From the NCBI GenBank assembly GCA_050250795.1, contig JBFWNZ010000002.1:1-32766 (forward strand): a DNA stretch of 32,766 nt, given 5' to 3'. Positions 1 through 9,721 of this stretch are shown here, one piece after another. The notes under the pieces are model-generated. The model saw only the letters and a program-made list of their open reading frames with translations. It was not told the origin of the DNA and searched no databases. The position numbers were made by a program, and so were the translations under genes. How positions within the stretch are numbered: the first letter of the stretch is position 1; every line of letters starts with the position of its first letter. Source of the DNA: Alphaproteobacteria bacterium (GTDB lineage: Bacteria > Pseudomonadota > Alphaproteobacteria > UBA8366).

Positions 1-1452
1 ATCGGCCTCAAGGACGGGCGCATCGTCGGCATCGGCAAGGCGGGCAATCCCGATACCCAGCCCGGCGTCGACATCATCGTCGGCCCCGGCACCGAGGCCA
101 TCGCCGGCGAGGGCAAGATCCTGACCGCCGGCGGCATGGACGCGCATATCCACTTCATCTGCCCGCAGCAGGTGGACGAAGCACTGATGTCCGGCGTCAC
201 CACAATGCTGGGCGGCGGCACCGGCCCCGCGACCGGAACCAACGCCACCACCTGCACCCCCGGCCCCTGGCATATCGGGCGGATGATCCAGGCGGCGGAC
301 GGCCTGCCCATGAACCTCGCCTTCGCGGGCAAGGGCAACGCCTCGTTGCCGGCCGCCCTGGTTGAGCAGGTGCTGGCCGGGGCCTGCTGCCTGAAGCTGC
401 ATGAGGACTGGGGCACGACCCCCGCCGCCATCGACTGCTGCCTGTCCGTCGCCGATGAGATGGATGTGCAGGTGATGATCCACACCGACACACTGAACGA
501 GAGCGGCTTTGTCGAGGACACTATCGCCGCCTTCAAGGGCCGCACCATCCACGCCTTCCATACCGAGGGTGCGGGCGGCGGCCATGCGCCGGACATCATC
601 AAGGTCTGCGGCCTGCCGAATGTGCTGCCGTCGTCGACCAACCCCACCCGGCCCTACACGGTGAACACGCTGGAAGAGCATCTCGACATGCTGATGGTGT
701 GCCACCACCTCGACGCCGGCATCCCTGAGGACGTCGCCTTCGCCGAAAGCCGCATCCGCAAGGAGACCATCGCGGCCGAGGATATCCTGCACGATATGGG
801 GGCCTTCTCGATCATCTCCTCCGACAGCCAGGCGATGGGACGGGTCGGCGAGGTCGCCATCCGCACCTGGCAGACGGCCCACAAGATGAAGCAGCAGCGC
901 GGGCGGCTGCCTGAGGAGACCGGCGACAACGACAATTTCCGCGTCCGCCGCTACATCGCGAAATACACGATCAACCCTGCCATCGCGCATGGCTTGTCGG
1001 CGCATATCGGATCGGTGGAAGTCGGCAAGCGGGCCGATCTCTGCCTCTGGAGCCCGGCCTTCTTCGGCATCAAGCCCGAACTCGTCCTGCTGGGCGGCAT
1101 GATCGTCGCGGCCCCCATGGGCGATCCGAACGCCTCGATCCCCACCCCGCAGCCGGTGCATTACCGGCCGATGTTCGGCGCCTATGGCCGGGCCTTGCCG
1201 GCCTCCTCGGTCACCTTCGTCTCGGGGGCCGCCTTGAACGCCGGCCTCGGGACACGGCTCGGCGTCGCAAAGGAACTGCTTGCGGTGGAGAATACGCGCG
1301 GCGGCCTGTCGAAGAGCTCGATGGTGCTGAACGGCGCCATGCCGACCGTCGAGGTCGATCCCGAAACCTACGAGGTCCGCGCGGATGGCGTGCTTCTGAC
1401 ATGCGCGCCCGCTACAGTGCTGCCCATGGCACAGCGCTATTTCCTGTTCTGA
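1..1452 (+). CDS. ureC: Urease alpha subunit, 5'-truncated by the window edge
   Basis: Frame +1 is open from base 1, so the ORF-track ATG at 136 is internal. Translation [23 protein letters not shown]...[14 protein letters not shown]...MVCHHL...[12 protein letters not shown] carries the urease alpha nickel-amidohydrolase motifs. ureE, ureF and ureG follow directly. Confidence 0.97.
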   Translation: MGLKDGRIVGIGKAGNPDTQPGVDIIVGPGTEAIAGEGKILTAGGMDAHIHFICPQQVDEALMSGVTTMLGGGTGPATGTNATTCTPGPWHIGRMIQAADGLPMNLAFAGKGNASLPAALVEQVLAGACCLKLHEDWGTTPAAIDCCLSVADEMDVQVMIHTDTLNESGFVEDTIAAFKGRTIHAFHTEGAGGGHAPDIIKVCGLPNVLPSSTNPTRPYTVNTLEEHLDMLMVCHHLDAGIPEDVAFAESRIRKETIAAEDILHDMGAFSIISSDSQAMGRVGEVAIRTWQTAHKMKQQRGRLPEETGDNDNFRVRRYIAKYTINPAIAHGLSAHIGSVEVGKRADLCLWSPAFFGIKPELVLLGGMIVAAPMGDPNASIPTPQPVHYRPMFGAYGRALPASSVTFVSGAALNAGLGTRLGVAKELLAVENTRGGLSKSSMVLNGAMPTVEVDPETYEVRADGVLLTCAPATVLPMAQRYFLF

Positions 1453-1459
1453 CCGGCCC

Positions 1460-1933
1460 ATGCTGCGTGCAACCTCGTTCCTGCGAGCGGGCGAATGGCC
1501 GGGCGAGGCGACCGACCGAGTCTGCCTCGACTACGATTCCCGGCATCGCCGGCGGCTGCGCCTGACCGGCGAGAAGGGAACGGATCTCCTGCTCGACCTG
1601 CCGCGCCCGGTCGTGCTCGCCGATGGCGACGGCCTGTTGCTGGAGGACGGACGGATCGTCGCCGTGGCCGCAGCACCCGAACGGCTGCTTGAGATCAAAG
1701 CGAAGAACACGGCCCATCTCGTGCGGATTGCCTGGCATCTGGGCAACCGGCACCTGCCGACCGCACTGCTCGGCGACCGCCTGCATATCCACGAAGACCA
1801 CGTCATCGCCGACATGGTACGGGGCCTCGGCGGCAGCGTCCGGGCCATCGAGGCCTCCTTCACGCCGGAGCGGGGTGCCTATGCCGACGGGCACGGGCAT
1901 GGCCACAGCCATGACGACCACGACCATGACTGA
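1460..1933 (+). CDS. ureE: Urease accessory protein UreE (Ni metallochaperone)
   Basis: 157 aa with the LGNRHLP motif and a C-terminal His-rich tail [13 protein letters not shown]. It sits between ureC and ureF. Confidence 0.9.
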   Translation: MLRATSFLRAGEWPGEATDRVCLDYDSRHRRRLRLTGEKGTDLLLDLPRPVVLADGDGLLLEDGRIVAVAAAPERLLEIKAKNTAHLVRIAWHLGNRHLPTALLGDRLHIHEDHVIADMVRGLGGSVRAIEASFTPERGAYADGHGHGHSHDDHDHD

Positions 1934-2620
1934 CGCGCAGCCGCTCGATGCTGCGTCGCTCGCCCGGCTGATGGCCTGGCTGTCGCCGGCCTATCCGGTG
2001 GGCGCCTACACCTATTCGCATGGAATCGAATGGACCGTCGAATGCGGCGCCATCCGGGACGCGGATGCGCTCGGCACATGGCTGGAGGACATCCTGCGCC
2101 ATGGCGGCGGCTGGACCGACGCGGTCCTGCTGGCTATGGCATGGCGGGCGGCATGGGCGGGCGACGATAGCGGATTGTTGGACTGCGCCGAACTCGCCGC
2201 CGCCTTCGTCCCCACCAGCGAAAGACGGCTGGAAACGCTGGCGCAGGGCGATGCCTTCATGGCGGCCACGCTCGCCGCCTGGCCCTGTCCCGTCCTCGAC
2301 CGTCTGTACGCGCTGCGACCCCGCGACATCGCCTATCCCGTCGCTGTCGGCGTCGCAGCGGCCGGCCATGGCATCGGCCTGTCCGCCACCGTCCATGCCT
2401 ATCTTCACGCCGTGACGGCCAATCTCGTTTCCGCCGGCATACGCCTCATCCCGCTCGGCCAGACCGCCGGACAGAAACTGATCGCGAGGCTGGCCCCAAC
2501 AGTGGCCGAGGTGGCCGAGCATGCTCTTGCGGCGAGCGCAGACGATCTCGGCGGCGGCGCCCTGCAGGCCGATATCGCGTCGGCGCATCACGAAACCCAG
2601 TATTCGAGGTTATTCCGATC

Positions 2621-2624
<4 letters not shown>
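1926..2624 (+). CDS. ureF: Urease accessory protein UreF
   Basis: The ATG at 1926 overlaps the ureE stop by 8 nt. N-terminus [36 protein letters not shown] is UreF-like. The ORF-track start at 1623 lies inside ureE and is rejected. Confidence 0.87.
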
Positions 2625-3247
<623 letters not shown>

Positions 3248-3250
3248 GTC

Positions 3251-4957
3251 CTACAGGATGTAGGTGGTCATCCGCCCCTTGCCCTTGACGTCGAAGGTGC
3301 CGCGACATTCGGGCTCGGCGGTTCCATCGAGCAGGCGCGCCGTTTCCGCGGACAGGTGGATTCGGTTGGGCACACCGAGCGTTTCCAACCGGCTGGCGAC
3401 GTTCACCGTATCGCCCCAGACGTCGTAGATGAAACGGTGGGCGCCGATGACGCCGGCCGTCACCGGCCCGCTGTGCAGACCGATCCGCACCGCCAGAGAG
3501 CGTCCGAAACCGTTCCCGAAATCGTCGAGTACCTCGATCATGTCGCGCGCCATCGCCGCTGCAGCCTGCGCATGATCGGTCCGGGGAACAGGCAGGCCGG
3601 CCACGGCCATATAGGCGTCGCCGATGGTCTTGATCTTTTCGATCCCATGCTGCACCGCAAGTTCATCGAACCGTCGGAACAGCTTGTCGAGATTCGCCAC
3701 GAGCATTCCGGGCGTCATGGCGGACGAGATTTCGGTGAACCCGACAATGTCGCAGAACAGAACGGTGACAGTGTCGAAGCGGTCGGCGATGCCCGCTTCT
3801 CCTGCACTCATTCGCTCGACGATCGGTTCGGGCAGGATGCTGCGCAGGAGACGGTCCGACCTCTTCTTCTCCTCGGTCAACTCGGAGAGGATTCGCTGTT
3901 CGCGCGCCCGCAATTGAGCCCGCTCGAGAATCGCATTCACGCGGGCATGCAGCAGCACGGGATCGAAAGGTTTCGTCAGGTAATCCTCGGCGCCATCCTC
4001 CAGACAGCGCACCACGCTGTGCAACTCATCCAGCGCCGAAATCATCACCACGGGAAGCCGTGCCGTTTCCGGGCGGTCCTTGGTACGACGCAGCACTTCC
4101 AGCCCGTTGATTCCTGGCATCATCAGATCGAGCAGAACCAGATCGAACGGCTCGTTCTCAAGCAGGTCGAGCGCAATCTGTCCGTCCGCTGCGAGGGTCA
4201 CCGTATGCCCCTCCCGTTCCATATGCCTTTGCAGAAGGGCGCGGTTCGTCTCGATGTCGTCGACGATCAGAATGCAGGCAGGCTCGACATTCGAGATCGT
4301 CGCACCCACCTTGCCGGTCACGCTGCGAACGACATCCCGGGCGACGGCAAATGCAAGCGCGCTGCCCGCCACCGTCACGCCGCCTTCGCGGGAAAACCGC
4401 ACGATGGCTTCCAGACCGCCGAGCAAGCGGTCGGCCTCGGCAAGCATCGCCTGGAGATCGGGCAGCGCACGGTCGAGGCCGGCATCGGCCAGATCCTCCA
4501 GAATCAGCTCCCCATAACCTTTGATTGCATTGATCGGCGTGCGGAGATCATGGCGATATCGCTTCTCGGCAGCGGCGAGATCGGCGGATGCCAGCAGATC
4601 GCCTATAGCCTCGGGCGCCAGAAGCCAATCCACGAGATGCGTCAAGTTGTCCGCAGCCTCGACGATGCGGCCCAGATCCTCGGATATCTGATCTTGTTGC
4701 AGAGCGGCGGCATCCCCCAACGCGAGGCGTGCATACTGGGAAATGGCCGAAACCGGCGCGGCAAGTTCCTGACGGATATTGACCACCACCGCCCGAAGGG
4801 ACGCGTCTTGGGGCGAATGTTCATTCCGGCGAGGCAGTCCACGCCGATCCGGGTTTGTCCGCCGGTCAGGAATACCGACGCGACGGTCGCTACGCCGTTC
4901 CTGCCGTCGCCCGCCGCCCTCCTTGCTCCGCTCGCCATCCTCATCGATGCGGGACAT
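3251..4957 (-). CDS. Signalling protein: Arg-rich N-terminus, two DHp/HisKA-like modules (the first with Gln in place of His), receiver domain, class III adenylate cyclase; no HATPase domain
   Basis: H-box RYRHDLRTPINAIKGYGELIL has its His codon at 4552-4550. An upstream paralogous box, IRQELAAPVSAISQYARLAL, has a Gln codon at 4771-4769. REC: ILIVDD...FDLVLLDLMMPGINGLEVL...KP. Cyclase: VLFCDIVGFT, KTIGDAYM, YDVWGDTVNVASRLE. RBS GGAAGGGGA lies upstream of the ATG. Confidence 0.85.
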   Translation of the reverse strand: MSRIDEDGERSKEGGGRRQERRSDRRVGIPDRRTNPDRRGLPRRNEHSPQDASLRAVVVNIRQELAAPVSAISQYARLALGDAAALQQDQISEDLGRIVEAADNLTHLVDWLLAPEAIGDLLASADLAAAEKRYRHDLRTPINAIKGYGELILEDLADAGLDRALPDLQAMLAEADRLLGGLEAIVRFSREGGVTVAGSALAFAVARDVVRSVTGKVGATISNVEPACILIVDDIETNRALLQRHMEREGHTVTLAADGQIALDLLENEPFDLVLLDLMMPGINGLEVLRRTKDRPETARLPVVMISALDELHSVVRCLEDGAEDYLTKPFDPVLLHARVNAILERAQLRAREQRILSELTEEKKRSDRLLRSILPEPIVERMSAGEAGIADRFDTVTVLFCDIVGFTEISSAMTPGMLVANLDKLFRRFDELAVQHGIEKIKTIGDAYMAVAGLPVPRTDHAQAAAAMARDMIEVLDDFGNGFGRSLAVRIGLHSGPVTAGVIGAHRFIYDVWGDTVNVASRLETLGVPNRIHLSAETARLLDGTAEPECRGTFDVKGKGRMTTYIL

Positions 4958-4986
4958 CGTTTCCCCTTCCTATGCCGCTGACACCG

Positions 4987-6282
4987 TCACAGCCCCGCCC
5001 TGATGATTTGAACCGGTTCCCTGAACAGCTTCATGTTGTTCGAGTGCGAATGCGATCCGTCAGTCTTCACTTTGGCATAGCGCCCACTCTCGCGAATGCG
5101 ATCGATTGCGACTTCGGTCAATTGCCGGCCGCCGGCGAGGATCAAGGTCCCATCGACAAGCTCGATGTCAGAAATCAGGATATCGCCGGGCCGCAACTCC
5201 GCGACGGGAACGCGCATTGTTACATCCTGAAGCAACGTATTTGCGGTTTCCGCTCGCTCGAAACAGTCTTGGAGCATGCCGATGATGACCGGATCATGCT
5301 CCCCTCGCCTGCGTAGGAGGATGTCGAATTCGCGCTTGCCGGGATATCGTCCTGGCGTCAGCGCCGCCAGTTCCATCAGCGCCCGGAGGATGCCCGCCAA
5401 CTCACGCGTCCGTTCGTCCGCGTGGAAATCGCTTTCTACAGTATCGTCGAGCGCGCGCCCCGCCAGAAGGATGATGCCGCGGACAACGTCGAGGCGGGGA
5501 ATATGGGCCAGCAACTTACCGCTCTTCGCTGGAACATTCTCGAAGAGAGCCATTTCTTCGGCAGCGAGACGCTGGCCTTTCGCAATCTTGGCAAGTACCG
5601 CATTCGGCAGGCCGACAAGCCCGATCTGCGACAGCATCGCCGCCAATTCCAGTTCCCAAGGCCGGTCGATCTTCCGCCGTTCCGCCACAAATCTGGCCCA
5701 CTCGCGCAACTTCGCCGCCTTTCCGAAGGCGCGCGGATCGGCAAGCGCGAGAATGTCGAACAGCGCTTTGACGCTCCCGGCCAGGGTTTTTTCGAGCAGT
5801 TCCCGTTCGGTCTCATAAAGCGCCTGCAGGCGATCATGCCCGGTCTTGACCGCAACCTGCGCCGCCAGACGAGCCCGCACGACAGCAAACTCAAATGGCT
5901 TTGCCACGTAATCGTTGGCGCCTAACCCCAACGCCTTTACGATATCGGTGCTGTCGTCCTTTCCCGTCACCATGATCACCGGCAACGTAGCTGAGGAGTG
6001 CGCAAGCCGAATTCGCTTGAGCACTTCGAAGCCATCCATTCCCGGCATGACGATATCCAGCAAGACGCATGCAATCGGGTGCCGCTCTATGATACTGAGC
6101 GCCTCTCGCCCACCCGCGGCAGGGACGGCGAGGTAGCCGGAACGCTCCAGGCGGCGGCAAAGCAACGCCACAGTCGGCTCGTCATCGTCAACCACGAGGA
6201 CCCGCGCAGGCGCCACAATCTCAGCACTGTTAGAACTGGAAACCGGCCCCATTCCTGGCTGCATGAGACGCTCCAGCATCAC
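4987..6282 (-). CDS. Response regulator: receiver domain plus degenerate HD/HD-GYP-like output domain and a C-terminal region of unknown function
   Basis: REC: VLVVDDDEPT...CVLLDIVMPGMDGFEVL...DYVAKPF. The output region WELELAAMLSQIGLVGLPNAVLAKIAKGQRLAAEEMALFENVPAKSGKLL aligns by eye to the LHDIGK...HP core of HD-GYP domains, but has SQ instead of HD. The start is GTG 6282 or ATG 6279, 3-6 nt after the upstream stop. Confidence 0.75.
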   Translation of the reverse strand: MMLERLMQPGMGPVSSSNSAEIVAPARVLVVDDDEPTVALLCRRLERSGYLAVPAAGGREALSIIERHPIACVLLDIVMPGMDGFEVLKRIRLAHSSATLPVIMVTGKDDSTDIVKALGLGANDYVAKPFEFAVVRARLAAQVAVKTGHDRLQALYETERELLEKTLAGSVKALFDILALADPRAFGKAAKLREWARFVAERRKIDRPWELELAAMLSQIGLVGLPNAVLAKIAKGQRLAAEEMALFENVPAKSGKLLAHIPRLDVVRGIILLAGRALDDTVESDFHADERTRELAGILRALMELAALTPGRYPGKREFDILLRRRGEHDPVIIGMLQDCFERAETANTLLQDVTMRVPVAELRPGDILISDIELVDGTLILAGGRQLTEVAIDRIRESGRYAKVKTDGSHSHSNNMKLFREPVQIIRAGL

Positions 6283-6285
6283 TTC

Positions 6286-6666
6286 TCAGCCGACTTTTTC
6301 TTCCTGCGGAAGGAAAAGATTGATCTTTAACATCAACCGGCTGAAGTCAATCGGCTTCGTGTCGTACTCATCGCACCCGGCTTCCAGCGCCCGCTCGCGA
6401 TCATCGGCCATCGCGTGCGCGGTCAGTGCAATGACCGGGATCGAACGCGTCCGTTCATCCGCCTTCAGGGCTTTTGTCGCCTCCCATCCATCCATGACAG
6501 GGAGGCTCATATCCATCAGGACCACATCGGGATGGTCCGACGATGCCCGTGCGATTCCCTCCGCCCCATCGGCAGCGCTGATGACCTCGAATCCCTTCCG
6601 CTGCAGCCGCCGAACCAGCAGATCGCGATTCATCTCGTTATCTTCGACGACGAGAATTCTAGGCAT
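6286..6666 (-). CDS. Single-domain CheY/DivK-like response regulator
   Basis: 126 aa: [15 protein letters not shown]...[17 protein letters not shown]...ALTAHAM...YDTKPID. The ATG at 6666 overlaps the kinase stop (6659-6661) by 8 nt. RBS AGAGGAAC lies inside the kinase 3' end. Confidence 0.92.
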   Translation of the reverse strand: MPRILVVEDNEMNRDLLVRRLQRKGFEVISAADGAEGIARASSDHPDVVLMDMSLPVMDGWEATKALKADERTRSIPVIALTAHAMADDRERALEAGCDEYDTKPIDFSRLMLKINLFLPQEEKVG

Positions 6667-9600
6667 TGGCGGGTTCCTCTAAAGGTTTCGAGGTCGAAAC
6701 CGCAGCTGCGATGCTGCGCCGAATCTCTTCCAACAACACATCAACCCCGTCGGGTCCCTTTGCGATCACGCGGCTTGCATCCCGATCCAGCTGTGCGCGG
6801 TCTTCCGCCGTCAGCTCCTTGGCCGTGACCACGATCACCGGAATTCCGCTGAATTCCGATCGTTTGCGCAGATGGGTCAGAAACTCGAAGCCATCCATCT
6901 CGGGCATCATCAGATCGAGGATGATGAGATCCGGCGCTTCCGCAGACACCCGGTCCAGTGCTTCCCGACCGTTTTCCGCGCACTCCACGCGATGCCCAAG
7001 ATCGCGGAGCGTCCGCGCGATCAAGTCGCGAGCAGCGGGGCTGTCGTCGATGACCAAGGCCCGCGAGGCCCGACCTGCCGGCACATGCTTCGCGAGCGTG
7101 GCGATCAGGCTGTTGCGGTCGATCGGCTTGGTCAGATGCTCGACCGCTCCCAAGCTGATCCCCCGGCCCCGATCATCGACAATCGTGCACATGATCACCG
7201 GGATCGCCGCGGTTTCGGGATCCGCCTTCAGGCTTTCCAGAACTTCCCACCCGTTGCTTCCGGGCATCAGCACGTCCAGGGTGATTGCGTCGGGCCGCAA
7301 TCGCCGGATAAGCGTCAGACCATCCTCACCGCTCCCGGCCGTCGCGACCTGATAGCCCTCATGGGCCAGATACCGCGCCAGCAATTCACGCGCATTCGCG
7401 TCGTCATCGATGACCAGAATGGTGTGATTCCTCGTCTTCGTCGGCGCCGGCAGGCCTGCAAAATGCGCGAACGGCGTCCGCAGGCCACTCTTCGCATCCG
7501 CTCCATACGGCAGAACCACCCGGAAGCAGGAACCGACTCCGTATTCGCTGCTGACTTCGACTCGTCCCAGCATCATCTCCGCGAGACGACGCGTTATCGA
7601 TAGTCCTAGTCCCGTTCCGCCGAAACGGCGGGTCGTGGAGGAATCGGCCTGGGTGAATGCCTGGAACAACCTTTCCATTTGTTCGGGCGTCATGCCGATA
7701 CCGGTGTCGCGGACCTCGATCGCCAACAGGTTGCCCTCCGACCGAACTGCCAGAACGATTTCACCGGCCTCCGTGAATTTGGCGGCGTTGCTCAGCAGAT
7801 TGAGAAGTATTTGCCGCAGGCGCATGGGATCGGCGTGGACCGGCGCGAGATTCTCCGAGCATTCCACGCGGAACCGATTGCCGTTCTTCCGGATTAATGC
7901 CTCGGCCGTGGTCGCGACGCTCAGGACGACACTTCGGATATCGACATCCTCGCACTGCAGGTCCATGCGCCCCGCCTCGATCTTGGACAAATCGAGGATG
8001 TCGTTGATGACCCCCAGAAGATGATTCCCGGCCGTATGAATCTTGCGAAGATCGGACGCGTAGTGCTCATCGCCCGACTCCTCTGCGTCCTCCAACAGCA
8101 TATCGCTATAGCCGATGATGGCGTTCAGAGGCGTACGGAGTTCGTGGCTCATATTCGCCAGAAAACCGGATTTCGCAGCACTGGCTTCTTCTGCAACCTG
8201 CTTGGCGTGCTGCATTGCCGCTTCCATCTGCTTACGTTCGGTGATGTCCTGAGCCGCAGCGACAATCCCGGCCGGCCGACCCTTGTGATCGCGAAAAACA
8301 GCCTTGGTCAGCAGAACATCGCGCAGGCCGCCATCCTGCACCTGCACCTGGGATTCGACCGTCTGAACTTCATCACCGTCGGCATATAGTTCCGCATCCT
8401 CTCGCGCATGCCGGGCTGCGATGTGTTCCGGGTTGATGTCGTAGGATGTTTTCCCGATCACATCGGTTCTATCGACGTTCCGGAATTTCTCCCAGGCTGC
8501 ATTGCATCCGAGATAACGGCCATTCCTATCCTTGTAATAAATTGGGACCTGAATGGACTCGAGAAGACTGCCCAGAAACTCTCGATTCCGAATCAACGCC
8601 GCGTCCGAGTTCTTTCGACGATCATGCGAATATGAAAAGGCAATGATCGGCATGCTGCCGATCATCAAGAGCAGCACGAATATCAACACGCCATGCTCTG
8701 AAACGATCGATGCGGATACGATCGGCGCCGACCACACAACCGACCAACTCCGGTTCGGATCATCGCCGTCTGTGCCGACGCGCGCCGGGCGGCGACCGTC
8801 GAGCATTGCCCGCGCTGCGGCTGTTACGATTCCAACCGATGCGAATGTGTAAACCCGACCGTCGGACATAACGCGCCCATCGGTCGATGCGCGAAACGCA
8901 CGCCACGCCGCCGGATGTTCGAGGCCGAACCGGTCGTCACGTCCGAATGCAAACCCCCACCGCCGGCGAGGATCGCCGCCCGCGAGCCAATATCCCTCCT
9001 CATCGAGCAGCAGAAGGTCTCCCTGCGTATCGTCACCGAACGCGGCGAGATCGTCGAACAGCCGGCTGGCATCCAGGTCGACCGACAGAACGCCTTGCAG
9101 TTCTCCATCGGCCCCACGAACAGGGGTCGCCAGATACATGGCTGGGCGCCATGCTTGGCTTGCACCGTTCTCGTCGGCATCGAGGGCCGGCCGGGAAATG
9201 TAGACTCCGCCATCGGGAAGCTCGCGCACATCTTCCAGACTGCTCATTCCTGCAGGCGCTTCCCGTGTCTCAAGAATCGCTCCCAGGTCGCCATGCGCAC
9301 GCTCGACCCGGACGATTTCGCGACCCTGCGCATCCCAGAATCGCATTCGAAAGAGCCGACCGACCTCGCTTGCCACGGCCGCAAAGGACCGACCGACCGC
9401 CTCCCGTGTCCCGGCAGTATCCCGCGTCGCGAGTTGCCGGACGGCATCGCCATTCGCAAGAACGCGGAGATGATCGACAGCCGTCTCGTACTCGGAATCG
9501 ATGCGTGCCAGGGCCAGCCGGACATGCGTGACGGCTTTTGCATCTTCGGCGGATTGCCGGCTTGCCCGATCGAGGGCATGCACGGCGTACAAGGCCGCCG

Positions 9601-9721
9601 CTAGAAGGACCCCGTAGATGGCCAAGGCAACGGCTGCATGACCCGCCAGCTTCCCGATGCCGCCCCATGAAGGCTGGTCAGGTCCGGTCGGTTCAGCCGC
9701 CTTTGCCATCCCGCTATCCAC
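6659..9721 (-). CDS. Hybrid sensor histidine kinase: two TM segments flanking a ~300-aa periplasmic (Cache/PDC-like?) domain, then PAS, HisKA, HATPase and two receiver domains
   Basis: 1020 aa with a GTG start. TM1 is [19 protein letters not shown] and TM2 is [18 protein letters not shown]. The PAS region ends in DITERK. H-box [16 protein letters not shown]-box [13 protein letters not shown]-boxes DTGIGM and GGTGLGL. REC1 is ILVIDDD...ITLDVLMPG and REC2 is ALVIDDS...[12 protein letters not shown]. Confidence 0.92.
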   Translation of the reverse strand: MDSGMAKAAEPTGPDQPSWGGIGKLAGHAAVALAIYGVLLAAALYAVHALDRASRQSAEDAKAVTHVRLALARIDSEYETAVDHLRVLANGDAVRQLATRDTAGTREAVGRSFAAVASEVGRLFRMRFWDAQGREIVRVERAHGDLGAILETREAPAGMSSLEDVRELPDGGVYISRPALDADENGASQAWRPAMYLATPVRGADGELQGVLSVDLDASRLFDDLAAFGDDTQGDLLLLDEEGYWLAGGDPRRRWGFAFGRDDRFGLEHPAAWRAFRASTDGRVMSDGRVYTFASVGIVTAAARAMLDGRRPARVGTDGDDPNRSWSVVWSAPIVSASIVSEHGVLIFVLLLMIGSMPIIAFSYSHDRRKNSDAALIRNREFLGSLLESIQVPIYYKDRNGRYLGCNAAWEKFRNVDRTDVIGKTSYDINPEHIAARHAREDAELYADGDEVQTVESQVQVQDGGLRDVLLTKAVFRDHKGRPAGIVAAAQDITERKQMEAAMQHAKQVAEEASAAKSGFLANMSHELRTPLNAIIGYSDMLLEDAEESGDEHYASDLRKIHTAGNHLLGVINDILDLSKIEAGRMDLQCEDVDIRSVVLSVATTAEALIRKNGNRFRVECSENLAPVHADPMRLRQILLNLLSNAAKFTEAGEIVLAVRSEGNLLAIEVRDTGIGMTPEQMERLFQAFTQADSSTTRRFGGTGLGLSITRRLAEMMLGRVEVSSEYGVGSCFRVVLPYGADAKSGLRTPFAHFAGLPAPTKTRNHTILVIDDDANARELLARYLAHEGYQVATAGSGEDGLTLIRRLRPDAITLDVLMPGSNGWEVLESLKADPETAAIPVIMCTIVDDRGRGISLGAVEHLTKPIDRNSLIATLAKHVPAGRASRALVIDDSPAARDLIARTLRDLGHRVECAENGREALDRVSAEAPDLIILDLMMPEMDGFEFLTHLRKRSEFSGIPVIVVTAKELTAEDRAQLDRDASRVIAKGPDGVDVLLEEIRRSIAAAVSTSKPLEEPANA

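Noticed and set aside
3251-4957. Class III cyclase considered as a Pycsar/CBASS-like anti-phage nucleotide cyclase.
   Set aside because: It is fused to DHp and receiver domains inside a two-component operon. It carries the Lys/Asp pair typical of ATP-specific cyclases. No TIR, TM or nuclease effector gene is adjacent.
3356-4981. Very long ORFs antisense to annotated genes: 3356-4981, 10342-11484, 14006-15268, 22501-23520, 25039-25956, 26272-27240, 27651-28928, 30437-31762, 31669-32556.
   Set aside because: These are typical shadow ORFs of high-G+C DNA. Their translations are Arg/Pro/Gly/Ala/His-rich low-complexity strings with no recognisable motifs. The opposite strand in each case encodes a protein with clear family signatures.
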